A stretch of DNA of 64,000 bases from the human T2T-CHM13v2.0 reference genome, Homo sapiens. Made by a program: the position numbers and the translations under genes. Shown one piece after another: positions 15,980-29,231 of this stretch. Below the pieces are notes generated by a model. The model did no database searches. It saw only the letters and a list, made by a program, of their open reading frames with translations, and was not told the origin of the DNA. Location: NCBI RefSeq assembly GCF_009914755.1, contig NC_060925.1; one strand, written 5' to 3'. The number at the start of each line of letters is the position of its first letter. Position 1 is the stretch's first letter.

Positions 15980-16130
15980 ACTCTCCTGGAGGTCAGAAGA
16001 CCTGGGTACTAAAACTTGACATAAATGGATGATTTTGAATAAGTTATTGAAGCTCTCTGGGACCCAATTTCTATGTAGTAATATAGGAGGAAACATTACA
16101 TTATCTCCAAGGAAACTTCTAGCTCCCAAA
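15980..16130 (+). mobile_element. MIR3-like remnant
   Basis: ggaggtcagaagacctgggt...ctctctgggacccaatttc. Confidence 0.55.
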
Positions 16131-16439
16131 GCCAATGATACCCATTCAGATGCATGGCTTTATGCAATATTTATTAAGCTACTGCAATTCTTGATAAACT
16201 GATGCTATCATAATAAATTTAAGTTAATTATAACAAAAAAGAGAGAATAGATGTGAATATCTCTTTAGCTCTTCCTTCTTGCTACAGGTTCAGTTGGTTA
16301 ACATTTAACATAAATGAATGTTCATACGTGATGCTATAAAGGATATGGGAGAATAAGTAGGAGAAAGAAACAAAAAACGTTCAAAGCCTCAGGCTTTATT
16401 CTTAGGGTCAAGGTTCAATCTTGCTTGGAGTCATCATAT

Positions 16440-16690
16440 CAGTGGGAAAATCGCTGGGCTATGAGTCCAAAAATCTGGATTCTTGTCCTATTAATGCAAC
16501 CGACTCATTGGTATGAATTTGGGCAACTGAGTTAGATAAACCCAGATTTGAATCCTGGCTTTGCCATTTCTAAGCTGTGTGATGTTGGACAAATTACAAC
16601 ATTTCTCTGAGCCCCAGTTCGCCCATATGTAAATAACAATAATTATTCCAATGTTCAAGTGATGTTGTGAGTATTAAATGAAGCACATTT
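16440..16690 (+). mobile_element. MIR (two adjacent fragments)
   Basis: tttgaatcctggctttgccatttctaagctgtgtgatgttggac...ctctgagccccagtt. Confidence 0.75.
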
Positions 16691-17519
16691 ATTTAAATGG
16701 ATGTTTGGTTCTCCACCTCCAAGCCACTTTCTGTCTGAGTGCTCTTCCCATTTTAACATTCTGTGAGTCTAATTAAAATTGGGACAACATAACATATTGT
16801 TCATTTCCCCCCATTTCTCTGTAATATTTTTATAAAGCACTTGTCATTATAGTTTGGGTTTAACATTTTTCTATTACTTGGAAATCTCATTTTTAATAAA
16901 ATATTTACTGAAGATCCATTTATGGTCCCTAATTAGGCATGACTGATGGGTATCCTTGAGACCACCATTTAGTAATTGCAAAATAGATACCATAAAAATA
17001 CATAAAGAGGAAGAAAACTGCCTCATAGCAGCCAGATTCTCCTCATTCCTCTATTTAACAGTTTCATTAGATCTGGGGAATTCTCTGAGGTCAAAAATAA
17101 ATTAGATTTGTGAACAAGAAACTTGACATTTTGTTTCTAAATAATTCATCTGCAGAATCTGAATTTGACATGAAATCTTGTTCAATTAAAGAAAAGAAGT
17201 TAAATATAGTATTTTGCAAACAGAAAACAGGTGCTGGTTAATATACTATATCCGGTTCTGTTAAAAATGCAAAAGAGAAATAAACTATATGCTTAAGTGC
17301 TTTAACTTTTAATTTTGTTTCCTGAAGCCATACATCATCTGGCTAGGTGGTGGATGGTATCATTTAAACTCAATTCTCAAAAAAAAGAATAGTCCATTAG
17401 GTTGCAAATAAAATTGTCATATTTTCCATTGACAAAAAGAAAAGGTAAGAGATGAATAAATTAGCAATCTAGCATTCCTCCTCAGGGAATCTGGCATTAA
17501 ATATTTTTGAAGTAGTGAG

Positions 17520-17720
17520 CAGTGTGGTGGAATCAACTCTAGGATGAGCTCTATTTACCAGTAAGGTGACCTCAGGAAATGGCTCCATCTCTTTGGGCCT
17601 CATTCTCTTCATCTATAAAGTGGGGGGGAAAAAACTTCCAAAGGTTGTTTTAAAGATGAGACTAAGATAGTAATTTAGAAAAGGCATTGTAAAATAAAAT
17701 GGCATCATTAATAATAGCTA
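17520..17720 (+). mobile_element. MIR
   Basis: gtgacctcagg...gggcctcattctcttcatctataaagtggg. Confidence 0.7.
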
Positions 17721-18099
17721 ATAATTAAAATGAAATCCTGTCATCTTTTCATGCTTTTTATTTCATTTTCCTACAGCCCTAAATCCAGAAAATTTTTATT
17801 TCTTCCTTTTCTCTCAGTTTGTAGGGGAAAGTATAAATTTTAAGAAACTATCACATTCCTCTAGATTTTAGCTCCAAATTTAAAGCCTTAAGACATATCC
17901 ATCTAATCAAATCAACACATCTTTGGGAAAGAAGGAATGCCGAGGCATGTTAATTTATGAGACGTTATAAAACAGAATCACATTAAGCAAAGCCTCTTCA
18001 GTAAAGACGAGGCTGAATATTGGAGTCCTCCTTTGAAAAGGGACTTATTCCAAACTCTTTTTTCCAATCTCTTTTTTCTAACGCCTTGAGCTGGATGTC

Positions 18100-18496
18100 T
18101 TCCTTTTGCTTCGCCTTCTTGTTCTCTGCCTTCAAATGCTGATCTGTCTGCCTGTAGCAGCAGTCTCCCCAGCCCTGGTTGACTTCAGTCAAAGAGGAGC
18201 CTCGCAGGAGACTGGAGGCAGGAAGGAGGCTGAAGGTGATATATTTCCGCAGCCCCTCCCATGGACTGGCCATGGCCTTCAGCTAAAGGTCACAGCTTCT
18301 TCTCTGTTTCTACTCTGGGGATGGCTCCTTCCTCCACCCTTGCTCATTTAGCGGCATTAATGGTGTCTGGGCACTGTACCGCCCTTTATGGTTTTCCTAC
18401 ACTCTGCAACATTGTACACAGGCTTTTTAGTAAACTCTCCTCCAATTGCTCATTTTGGACACAACTCCACTTACTTTCAAGCCCCTAATGACTACA
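18100..18496 (+). mobile_element. LTR33-like ERVL LTR
   Basis: caggagactggaggcaggaaggagg...tagtaaactctcctccaattg...ctaatgactaca. Confidence 0.6.
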
Positions 18497-18558
18497 CCCT
18501 TTTATTCTCAACCTTCCACCCAACTCTACCTAGCACCCATCCACTTCCAATTCTAGGT

Positions 18559-19095
18559 CTTTATAGGAGAGGAAATATTTCACCTTTATTCTGTTAGAAT
18601 CTCTAGCTGGGCTTAAGAATTTAACATAAGACAGAATAACTGGAGAAAAGTATACAAGTTTCCTTTTTTTTTCCTACATGTTCGTGAGAGTTTCACAAGA
18701 AAAATGAAGACCCAAAGAAGCAGTTAGAGTTGAAACCTTATATACTAAGTTGGACAGAGAGTAGTAAATTGAGAAACATGATAAGGCAAAGGGAGCTGGG
18801 CTAGGGTAGTTAATCTTGAAGAAGTAACTAGGAAGACAAAGGTTCCTTTGATAAAGCTTGTTTTGTATAGATTTCTGTCAGCCTCAGCTTTCCATTCTTA
18901 GTGATAAGAATGTTTCATTCTTTCTGATATAGGGAAGGGATACTTCACAAAGTCGTTTCATCTCCTGATTTCAGGAAGAAAAAGAAAATTCCAAGTGTCC
19001 TTCTTGCATCTGCTGTTTTTCAAGCGCTTTCAACTCAAAATCATCAATATGTCAGGGCAGTGTATTTGGGGGTGGTATGTTCTGAACTCGTTCGT
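18559..19095 (-). mobile_element. MER34-family (ERV1/MER4 group) LTR
   Basis: Reverse complement begins gttcagaacataccacccccaaata...gacatattgatgattttgagttgaaagcgcttgaaaaacagcagatgcaagaagg. Confidence 0.7.
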
Positions 19096-19379
19096 GCTGT
19101 TTGGTTTGGTGCCTGAACACCAGCATTTCTCAGACTTAGGGATTTGAAGACCCCTGAGATTACATTTATGACATCTCAGGAGTCTATGGATACCAGTCGG
19201 GAAAGCATTGTTTTGTCTATTATTCCACCCTCACTCCTCAGCATGAGAGCCCCATGGACTAACTCTTTTTCTATTTAAAGGAAAATGAACTTACTAGGAA
19301 GAAATCAAAATAACAATTCTATGTTGCTGTTTCATTTTCATAACATTACATATTACAAAAATCCAATAGTCTACATGAC

Positions 19380-19560
19380 CTTAGATTTTTAGGACTAAGA
19401 CAAAAACATAGAATTTAATGCAATGTTTTTATTTTATAAAATGAATGAATTAAGATTCAAAGAAGTGAAGTGATTTACTCAAGGCCATACAGCTGTCATT
19501 GACCAAAGCTGTAATCTGCTTCCTGAGTCCTAATCCAATGCTATTTTCTGCCCAACACCA
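19380..19560 (-). mobile_element. MIR/MIR3
   Basis: attttataaaatgaatgaattaagattcaaagaagtgaagtgatttactcaaggccatacagc. Confidence 0.7.
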
Positions 19561-20221
19561 TGCCCAGTGTACACTATCTTATACATAAGATAATGAAAAA
19601 CATAATGTGTGCCTGAATAGGAAGATTTTTCTAAGAATCTATTCCTAGGAGTGAAGAAATTATAAATTTGTGAGATATTAGAGCTAAATAAAAGATACTT
19701 TAGGACTCCCTGATTTTCTAGACAGGGAATCTGAGCCCCAGGAATCATCAATATCTTGTGCTCCCTACATTTCTTGGATTATTTCTATAGCATTTTCTCC
19801 ATCACTTTCAGGATCTCTAGGGGAATTCTGAATAATTTTATAACCAGAATGTCTCCATAAATCTGTCATTTTTCTTGATGGTAGGATTTTAAGGCTCAAA
19901 GAGGTAGAAAGCTACAGAATGGAAAAGCAAAATATGCCCTCTGATAGTGAATATTACAAGAGCTGACCTGTAAATTGAAATATGAGTTAGTTAGCAGATC
20001 CCTTTATACCAGCTTGTTGGCAACTGACAAAGGCTCTGTGAAAAGGACGTCCTTGACCAGTGAGCCCACAGAGTCCAGGTATCCTTGGTAGTGCATGTTC
20101 TATTAGTATGTACTCTGGTACTAACAAATACAAGGAATGCTTTCGCCAGTGCAAGATATTCAAGATAAAGTTTTCAATCTCCATCTGAGGAAGGAGCAAC
20201 TACCATTCAATCCATGGGAAC

Positions 20222-20422
20222 ACTTACTCAGCGTCAAAAGATGCTATTAACGCTGAGCCGGCATCATTTTTCATCTTAAAGAGGGCACTAAATAAGCACA
20301 GTAAATTCATACCAGTGAACCTACATGTACTAGCCATAAAATAGCACATTGTTCAGGTTGAATTCCTTTATTAATGCTTATTCTTTGAGTCAATTGGCCA
20401 ATAACTTTGCCAAATTGTTAAT
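20222..20422. promoter_or_regulatory. Candidate conserved cis-regulatory module, copy 1 (paralog of 34684-34877)
   Basis: Block-wise identity to copy 2; AP-1 TGAGTCA 20386-20392, TGGCCAA/TGCCAA NFI half-sites, CATAAA. Confidence 0.55.
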
Positions 20423-21139
20423 ATCTATATTGAGGAAAGCCATGAAATTGAGGTCCAGGACCCCCACTATGTTATAATCAGCTCCAATTTTCCTTTTCTG
20501 CCATAATCAGTGGGCACACTGGAATTTGGAGAGAGACACCTGCGTTTTGTCCTTAGGTGTCCCTTTCAGACAGTGCAGGGCTATTCATCCCTGGTATCTT
20601 GTCATTGCATTTTGCTCACCTTTAGAATAGAAAGACCTTTTGGAACACAGGCATTTTGCTCAGTCAGGTTAGAGCTTCTCTATCAAAAAAAGAGACTGGA
20701 GGGGGGAAAAGGAAGTGAGATGTCTTCATGTCTGAAATCCTATTGAGAAAATTCATAGATTAGGAAGGCGATTTGATTGGATAATCCTCAAGGTCACTTC
20801 CAACTCTCTAATCCTCTGGTTAGGAACTACAGTGTGCATCTCTGCCATGGTCTACAGCTGAATTAATCCACCAAGGTTTGCCACAGAGTAACCTAGACTT
20901 CCATGTGTCTCACTGACAAACCCTCCAGCCCCTTTCTCCACTCCACCCTCTATCCAGAATGCAGTGCTATGACTCTCTGAGACTTACCTGACCAAAAGAA
21001 GGTCTTCTACAGCTGCAGAAGATTTCTCAGGCTCTTCATTCTGTTTGAAATCTTTAAACTGTCTGCAAAACAAGAGAGTCCAGAGGTGCAGCCCACAAAG
21101 ACCACTAGGGTGCTTAACCCAGTCTATTGCAGAGTGGGA

Positions 21140-21290
21140 GCCTCATAATCCTAAGTTTGAATCCTGGTATAACCTTGGTCCAGTTAATCACATTCTCTAA
21201 GGACCCATGCTGTCATCTATAAAACTGAGCACAGATACCTATCTAGTGGGGTGTATGAAAGAGTTAAAAGAGATCATATATGAGGCTTGC
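21140..21290 (+). mobile_element. MIR
   Basis: gtttgaatcctgg...tcatctataaaactgagc. Confidence 0.65.
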
Positions 21291-21549
21291 ACTGAAGTTC
21301 ATCTCCAGGCCTGGGCTTTAGTCAAAATCTGGTACAGAGCTTCAGCTTTAGCCCTGATCTTTAAAAAGCATGATAGACAATTTACCTACTTCATCAGCAT
21401 TTCTTGCATCCCTCACCTTGAAAGTGGTCAATGATTGTGTGCTCTGATCAGTAACACAGGATCAATACAACACACAACAAGATCGGTAATGAGAATAAGG
21501 GGTTCTATTCAGATTCATCATTAATATCTTTATATTCATTTTCTAGTAG

Positions 21550-21787
21550 GCTAACATTCCTGACCCTGCTTTATTTTTCTGTCTAGTCCTTATCACTACT
21601 TGACTCAATAGCACGATGATATTTGTGTTTTCTACACATTTTCTGTCTCCCTATCTAGTACATAAGCTACACCAGGGCAGAAATTTTGTGTCTCATTTAT
21701 CGCAGTTTCCTAAATGCCTAAGCAGTGCCAGCCACTTCACAGGCACTCAATAAATTATTGTCAAATGAGTGAATAAATGAATGAATC
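21550..21787 (+). mobile_element. L2 3' end
   Basis: agggcagaaattttgtgtc...gcctaagcagtgcc...ggcactcaataaa...gaatgaatgaat. Confidence 0.8.
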
Positions 21788-22974
21788 AGCAGCAGGTCCT
21801 AATCTCTATCTTCATACTCAGACCTGCAGGAACAATCTCTTTTTTATTCCCCTGTAACTGAACTGAGCTGCTCTTCACCAGATTGGCAGTGTGGGATTCA
21901 GCCCCTTTTCTAAGGTGGGTCTATTATATATAAGGTCTGGGCTTTACACAGTATAAAGGCGTAGGGTGGCACCAAGACCTCAGAGTAACCTTTCACTTTA
22001 CCATGCTGATACCCACTGTCATTTTTCCATACTGTTACCCACAGATATATTCATTCTAGTAGCTGCCATGTCTTTTCTTCTATTCCACCAGACTTTGAGT
22101 AGCTCTCTTTTACTGCTGTTTCTAGGCCACTCCTGGACACCCAGGAAACACTGTGCAACTCCCATGCCACATTAGAACTGAGGGGAATGCTGCATTTCTG
22201 AAGTCCAGTCTGCCTAGGCATCACACAGTCACTCTTCTTCTAGTGTCTATCACTTAACGAGGGCTCTAGCTAGGAGAGGACTCAGAGACCCTCTGTTTTC
22301 AGATTCAACAAGTCCATCTGAGTTTTCCAGTGGTCCAGAAAGCAGGGCACACACAGCTTCTTCCTTACGGACTCATTGGTGCTGCTTCTCTAGCTCCTAT
22401 CCCTAGTGAGAGAATTCTTAAGCACTCTTTGTTGAGCATTCTGGGAATCTTCTCAGAGTCTCTGCTTTTGAAACTCAAAAACCAGGAGAGCAACTCCCTT
22501 TTCTCTTTTCTGTGTAGGAATTTTCTTCATCTAGTCCAGTGAACACAGACTAGTTTAGTTTGTCAAATGTGGTAGAAGAGACAGGTATAAGAGGAAATAT
22601 AAGAAAGAAAATATGTTAGCATTTCCAAAGTATCATCCCCACCCACCAGCATACACACATACAAAACTGAGCAAATTTAAAAGTATCAGTTCAGCTGTTT
22701 CAGCCTCTCAATGAAAACTCGCATTCTCTCTTATTTGGGAAATAGCAGACCAATTTACGTAAGAGCTCTCAAACCCTCCTTCTAATAAACTTGTCTAGGA
22801 ATTGTCAGCAATATCTATAAATAGATATTATGGTATCAAACTCTCAACATCAAGGAACGCAAAGGAGGCTTATTCTCCCAGACCTGCTTTACTATCACCT
22901 CCTCTGAGAAGCCTTCCCTGTTGTCCCAATTAAAAGGTCACCAGTCCCTCCTTAGTGTCCTTCACTATATCCTA

Positions 22975-23476
22975 TTGCATTAACCAAATTAAGTTAGGCT
23001 GCAAGTTGCAGAAAATGTTAAAGAATAGTAGCTTAAACAAAATGTATGCTTATTTTTCTCTCATGTAAATGAAATGTGAAGGTAAGACACCCAGGCTGGA
23101 GGCTGGCCTCATAGTCACCAAAGGATCTAGATTTGGCAGTAAATCTACTTTGCTGCTGCAATATTCTCTCCCTGCAAGACATCCAGCTCAGAGAGAAGAC
23201 GACTGCTGAAGCCCCAGCTATCACTGACAGCAGCGAAAGAAAAGGAGACTAAAGAAATATCTGTTTACCTTCAGGAAACATTCCAGATGTTGCGCACAAA
23301 TCTTGTGTTTATCTCTCATTGGCTATAACTTACTTGCAAGGCCATACCTAGCTATAAAATGGAGTTGGGGATATAGTATTGTAGCCAAAGGGCAATGTTT
23401 TCAACAAAAGTTTGGAATTCTTGTTTGTAGAAAAGAAGAAAAGATGGACACTAGAAGGCATCTCACACTCTTCCAC
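22975..23476 (-). mobile_element. MLT1 (J/K-like) LTR
   Basis: ttaggctgcaagttgcagaaaa...tagcttaaacaa...tttctctcatgtaa; ctcattggc...gccatacctagcta. Confidence 0.65.
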
Positions 23477-25374
23477 CTCTTATTTTTTTTGTTTGTTTTA
23501 TTGTTGTTGTTTTTTCACCCCTTCTTATAAAATGGTCACCATGCTTTTTACCTATCTTCTGAGCCAGATAGTCAGTCTCTCGAAGAAAAAATAAAAGAAA
23601 ATAGCATCTCATTTATTTTTCTTTCCCAGATTCTAGCACAAGACCTGATTGGAGTAACACTCAGTAAATTCTTATCAGTAAAGGAGAATTTGAAATTCCT
23701 GCAATGTGTCAGGCACCTGATATATGTAATCTCCAGTTCCTAATTAAAATACAATACCAAAACCAATAAAAGTCAGTTTAAAAAGAACCTGCTTCTTTTT
23801 TTGTTTTTTTCTAAAAGAAAAAAAAATACAGGAACACTTTTTTCCTTTTCCTTTTCCTTTTCTAAAAGAATCCCATTTTAGGGGAAATGTAGAAAATAGA
23901 CTCAGAAATATTAAGTCACTTACACAAGATTTCATGTCCTCTAAGTGGCAGAGGTCAGAATTAAAGAAAGCACTGCCTGATTCCAAAGTCACACTCCTCC
24001 TACTTCATGGGTGTCCCTATTCACTGCTTCTGGGATTTTCTTCCCTCCCACTATGGTGACAGTACCAGGGAGGTAACATGGGCTTCTGAACCTTGGTTTA
24101 CTGAGCCCTATGATCAGCCATATCATGACCACTCTGGTGGGAAAAGTGGCTGGTGAGAGCAGTGCACCACCCCAGGCTCTTGAAGGTGAAAACTTTTATT
24201 TACCGTGAAAACCCTTCCCCATTTAATCTCACACTTTACCGTCTATGCCAACCATTCCTTTACTCCATCCCAAGCCCTACTGTAAGGGCTGGATGATATA
24301 AGTCTGTTCTATTCTGCCTTGGTGACTTCATTTGCATGTAATTTTGCTCATCTTAGTGTCTTGAGATAAGGAAAGGCTTTGGACCACCAAGAGTGATGCC
24401 TGCCAGGTCCATGCTTACCCAAGATTTCTGCCCATTTAATGAGATGCTAATTGATGTTCTTGGCTCTCATCATTGCTATGGTCACAAAAACATAGAACCT
24501 CACAGCCTCCTCCTCTCCATCTTAATAGTGCCTTAAAACAGCTAACTATCTAAAATCTATTCCCCCAAACTCACTGATTCATTATATTTTATTTCCATTA
24601 ATATAGCACAAATTATTTCCAAGCATACATAACCACATAATTATATCTTTATAAACCCTCTAACCAAATACATTTTATATGCTTATTAATTAAACTAATC
24701 AAATTTCCAATAAAATTTTATACAGATCTACATTATACATCACACCACACTATGTTGTCTCTCAAACACAGAAATTCTTAACCACTTTTAGCCTATGACT
24801 ATGCAACTGAATTCAGTCGCAGATCAGGATTAGAATGTGAGGTCTTTGGAAAAATTGACTATCTGTACATCTTCAATGCCCCTATTCTCTGGCCCCCTCC
24901 TTGCCGTGCATCATATCAGCTCTCACTTATTTCTCAGACTGATCCATATGGAATAACAAAGGCTTCAGCCAGTGATCAGGCCTGGCTCTAAATGTTCTTT
25001 GTCTTCTTGCCAAACTAGATCTTTCAAGAAACCAGTAACACTCAGGAAAAGAAAATTTTGTTCATGTTTATGTCCTCTATTTTCTGACCAAGCCAGGTGG
25101 TAATAACATCTGAAGAAATGTTTGACTAGAATAGCAAAGTGCCCAACCAAGGGTGGGTATTCCTTATTTTCTTCAGGCAGTGTCTCTAAGGGTACTGCCA
25201 TCATCTCAGTAAGCCTTGATTACAGCCAGTGACAGACAAGTCAAATACCACTGGCATCCTCTAGGCACATATTTGAGACACAAATTTCAGGAGCTTTCAA
25301 GGAACTGGAACCTGGAATAGGTCTAGAAATTCTAATATATATATATATAATCATAAAAACAATCCAACTTTGAC

Positions 25375-25815
25375 TAAATTCAATAAATATGTATTGAGTG
25401 CTTAGTACATACCAAGAACAATACTGGGCACCAGGGAGGGTCAGATAGATGAATAAAACACACTTTCCATCTTCAACAGGATTACAGACTACAGAGGGAG
25501 ATAGAAGTATATATAATTAGCTGATGCATGGCACATTGTAGCATGCATTCTAATAGAGGTATAAGAATATGCATAAGAACAAGAATAATAGTATAAATAT
25601 AGATATAAATGCAAACATAAACATGGCAAATATTTGCTGAGTGCTTACTGTGAACTCTAAATGCATTATCTTGTTTATTCCTCGTGGTAACCTATAAGGT
25701 AGATGTCAGTCATCTCCATATTGCAAACAAAGACATGCCATTGGGATGAACAGAAGGGAGCAGCAAATTCTGCCTTCAGGCATTGGGAAAGACTTCACTG
25801 AGAAAGTAACATTTG
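25375..25815 (-). mobile_element. L2 3' end with nested MIR (~25620-25730)
   Basis: ttcaataaatatgtattgagtgcttagtacatacca...; gaaagacttcactgagaaagtaacattt. Confidence 0.7.
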
Positions 25816-27683
25816 TTGGTATCATCAAATCTGGTTCCTGGTACAGTCCCCAGCAGGCAGCAATGAAACTTCATACTAAAGCCACTAATAGAAATTACAT
25901 ACTGGGGGATTTCCAATGAAATTGCTAATGGGGAAACTGCCTATATTAGATGACCAAATATGCTGTTCTGGGTCATTAAAATTGTATTATGCATACGCTA
26001 AGGTTGGGATTGGCTGCAGCATTATAGAGGGCTGCTAATCTGATCACTAGACCATGTTCAGTAAATTTGTTCAGGGATGAGCTAAAGATAAAAGTATAAA
26101 TCCAGCTGTAAATAAGGAAATAATTGGACTGCCTGAATCAGTTGATGGGAGTCTCTGGCCAGCTGGAAACCTTTAAAAAATGTATTTTTCATAAAATATT
26201 TCATACATTCAAAAAAGGATGTATAATGAATGCCTAAGGTATAAAGAATAATTAAGTGAACATCCTTGTGCCCACAGCCAGCTTAAGAAATAGAAAATTA
26301 CTAATTCTGGTAAAGCCCTTGATATTCTTCTCCATTACTTTTTTATTTCCCTTCCTCTACCAGAATTATGGTTTTAAAAAATAGTAGTAATGATCCACTA
26401 AGTATTATCGCTTTTAAAAATAGCATTATTACATGTGCATATAACCCAAAATTATAAACTACTGATTTTTATACATCTAAACGTTATGTAAGTGAAATCA
26501 TGCTCTGTGTATCTTTTGTGATTTGTTTTCTTCGCTCCACATTATGTTTTTTATTCTTATCCATGTTGAAGCATGTAGTCGTATTCAATCATCTTTACTG
26601 CTGTATAGTATGCAATTTATTGATACATTCTTCTGTCAATGGACATTTGGGTAAACATAGTAGGAATATTGTTATACAATGTGCACATAAGCAAGAACCT
26701 CTTTACAACACATACCTAAGAATGAAATTGCTAGGTAATAGGATATGATTTTCTTCAAATTAAAAAAAAATGCCAAATAATTTTCCAAAGTGATTATACA
26801 TTTACAGTCCCACAACGTCTAAGTGTCTCACATTCTCATCAACACTTACCCAGTTTTACCAGTCTGATAAGTATAAGATGATAATTTACTGTTGTATTAC
26901 TTTGCATTCTTCTGATTACTAATTAGGCTGGATATTTTCTTCAGATATTCACTAGCATCAGGGTTTCTTGTTCTGTGAAATGTTTTTCATGTCTTGTGCT
27001 CATTTTTCTCTTAGGTTTCTTTTTATTTTTCTCTTTTCTGATAAGCACATAATTTTTTGTCAGTATGATCGAATGTATTGCTTTTTAAATTTATGATTTA
27101 TGTTTCATGTGAGTTGTTTAAAAATACATCCCTACTCTGAGGTAAATGAAGATTTTTTTCCTATATTCTCTTTTAAAAGTTTAAAGATTTATTTCGCTTT
27201 TAAACTTTTAATTCACCTGAAATAGATATGTTTAGAATATGAAGTAGAGTTCCAATTTCACTTGTTTCCACACGGATAGTCGGTTGTCCTAGCACCATCA
27301 GTTGTACAGTCCATTTCTTCCCCTTGGTGTGCAATGCGAGCTCCCTGGGTAATAAGCTTCCATAGATGGGTTAGTCTGTTCCTGCTCTGTATTCTGTTTG
27401 GGTGATCTCTTTATGTACCCACATAGGAAGCTAATATAAAGCTTTATCATAAGTCTCCACAGCTGGTAGTTCAAGTTTTCCACATTTTTCTCTTTTTAGG
27501 ATGTTCTTTGCTATTTGTTTGGGCTTCCCTCTTTCATATACATATTAGATGGCATCTACCAAGTTTCATAAAGAATTCAATTTATATTTTAACAGATCAA
27601 TTATGGGAGATCTGATCACTTTATCTAGGAACACTTCATGTCTCCATTTACTTAGGTCTTCTTTTCAGAAAAATTGTGGAGTT

Positions 27684-28990
27684 TTCTGACTGGCATGAAA
27701 TGGTATCTCATTGTGGTTTTGATTTGCATTTCTCTAATGCTCAGCAATATTGAGCTTTTTTTCACATGCTTGTTGAACACATGTATGTTTTCTTTTGAAA
27801 AGTATCTGTTCATGTCGTTTACCCACTTCTTAAGGAGGTTGTTTGGTTTGTTGTTGTTGTTGTTGTTGTTAATTTGCTTAAGTTCCTTAAAGATGCTGAA
27901 TATCAGATCTTTGTCAGATACATAATTTGCAAAAATCTTCCATTCTGTAGGTCGTCTGTCTACTCTGATGATAGTTTCTTTTGCTGTACAGAAGACCTTA
28001 CATTTAATTAGATCTCATTTGTCAATTTTTCTCTTGTTGCGATTGCTTTTGGTGTCTTTTTCACGAAATCCTTGTCCGTTCCTTTGTCCGGGATGGTATT
28101 GCCTAGGTTGTCTTCCAGGATTTTTGTAGTTTTGGGTTTTACATTTAAGTCTTTAATCCATCTTGACTTGATTTTTGTATATGGTGTAAAGAAGGGGTCC
28201 ACCTCCAATCTTCTGCCTCGCCAGTTATCCCAGCACCATTTATTGGATAGGGAGTCTTTTCCCTCACTGCTTGTTTTTGTCAATAGCTATTATTAAAAAG
28301 TCAAAAAATAACAGATGCTGGTGAGGTTACAGAGAAAATGGAACACTTCTACACTGTTGGTGGGAGTGTAAGTTAGTTCAACCATTGTGAAAAACAGTAT
28401 GGCGATTCCTCAAAGAGCTAAAAGCAGAACTACCATTTCACCCAGCAATCTCATTACTGGGTCAGTATATTCCTCTGGTGTATATTCAGAAGGATATAAA
28501 TTATTCTGCCGTAAAGACACATGCATGCAAATGTTCATTGCAGCCCTACTCACAATAGCAAAGACATGGAATCAACCTAAATGCCTATCAATGATAAACT
28601 GGATAAAGAAAATGGGATACATATATACCATGGAATACTATGCAGCCATAAAAAGAATTAGATTATGTCTTTTGCAGGAATATGGATGGAGCTGGAGGCT
28701 GTTATCCTTAACAAACTGACACAGAAACAGAAAACAAAACACCACATGTTCTCACTTGTAAGTGGGAGCTGAATCATGAGAACTCATGAGCACAAAGAAG
28801 GGAACAACAGACCTGGAGTCTACTTGAGGGTGGAGAATAGGAGGAGGGAGAGGAGCAGAAAATATAAATATCAAGTACTAGGCTTAATACCTGGGTGATA
28901 AAATAATCTGTACAACAAACCCCCATGACACAAGTTTACCTATATAACAAACTTACACATGTATATCAAAACCTAAAATATACATTTTTA
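27684..28990 (+). mobile_element. L1PA15/16-like element with 5' inversion (27684-28283 minus, 28284-28990 plus)
   Basis: Minus segment ends at sense ...ccagtcagaa; plus segment resumes at atagctattattaaaaagtc; degenerate TSD aaaaattgtggagttttct / aaaaattatgtacttttct. Confidence 0.88.
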
Positions 28991-29208
28991 AAAAATCTTT
29001 TAAAAAATTATGTACTTTTCTACATAAATGACTTGGACATCTTTTGTTTAAATTTATTCCTTGATCATATGTTTTCTTCTATTTTTAAACATATTCTATT
29101 TAAAATGAACACTTTGTGTCTATTGGCTGTTGTTGTATAGCTATGCAATTGACTTTTTTAAATTGATCGTATATGTAGCAATCTTATTAAACTCGCTTAG
29201 TGTATTTA

Positions 29209-29231
29209 TGTGTGCGTGTGTGTGTGTGTGT
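29209..29231. repeat. (TG)n microsatellite
   Basis: tgtgtgcgtgtgtgtgtgtgtgt. Confidence 0.9.

Noticed and set aside
17136-17205. Similarity to 47005-47115 (tctaaataattca; gaattt.acatga.at.ttgt)
   Set aside because: Short AT-rich matches with inconsistent spacing (about 12 vs 54 nt); plausible by chance.
20265-20422. Duplicated element as a paralogous coding exon
   Set aside because: 1 and 2 nt indels between copies, stops in the plus frames, and no shared splice sites.
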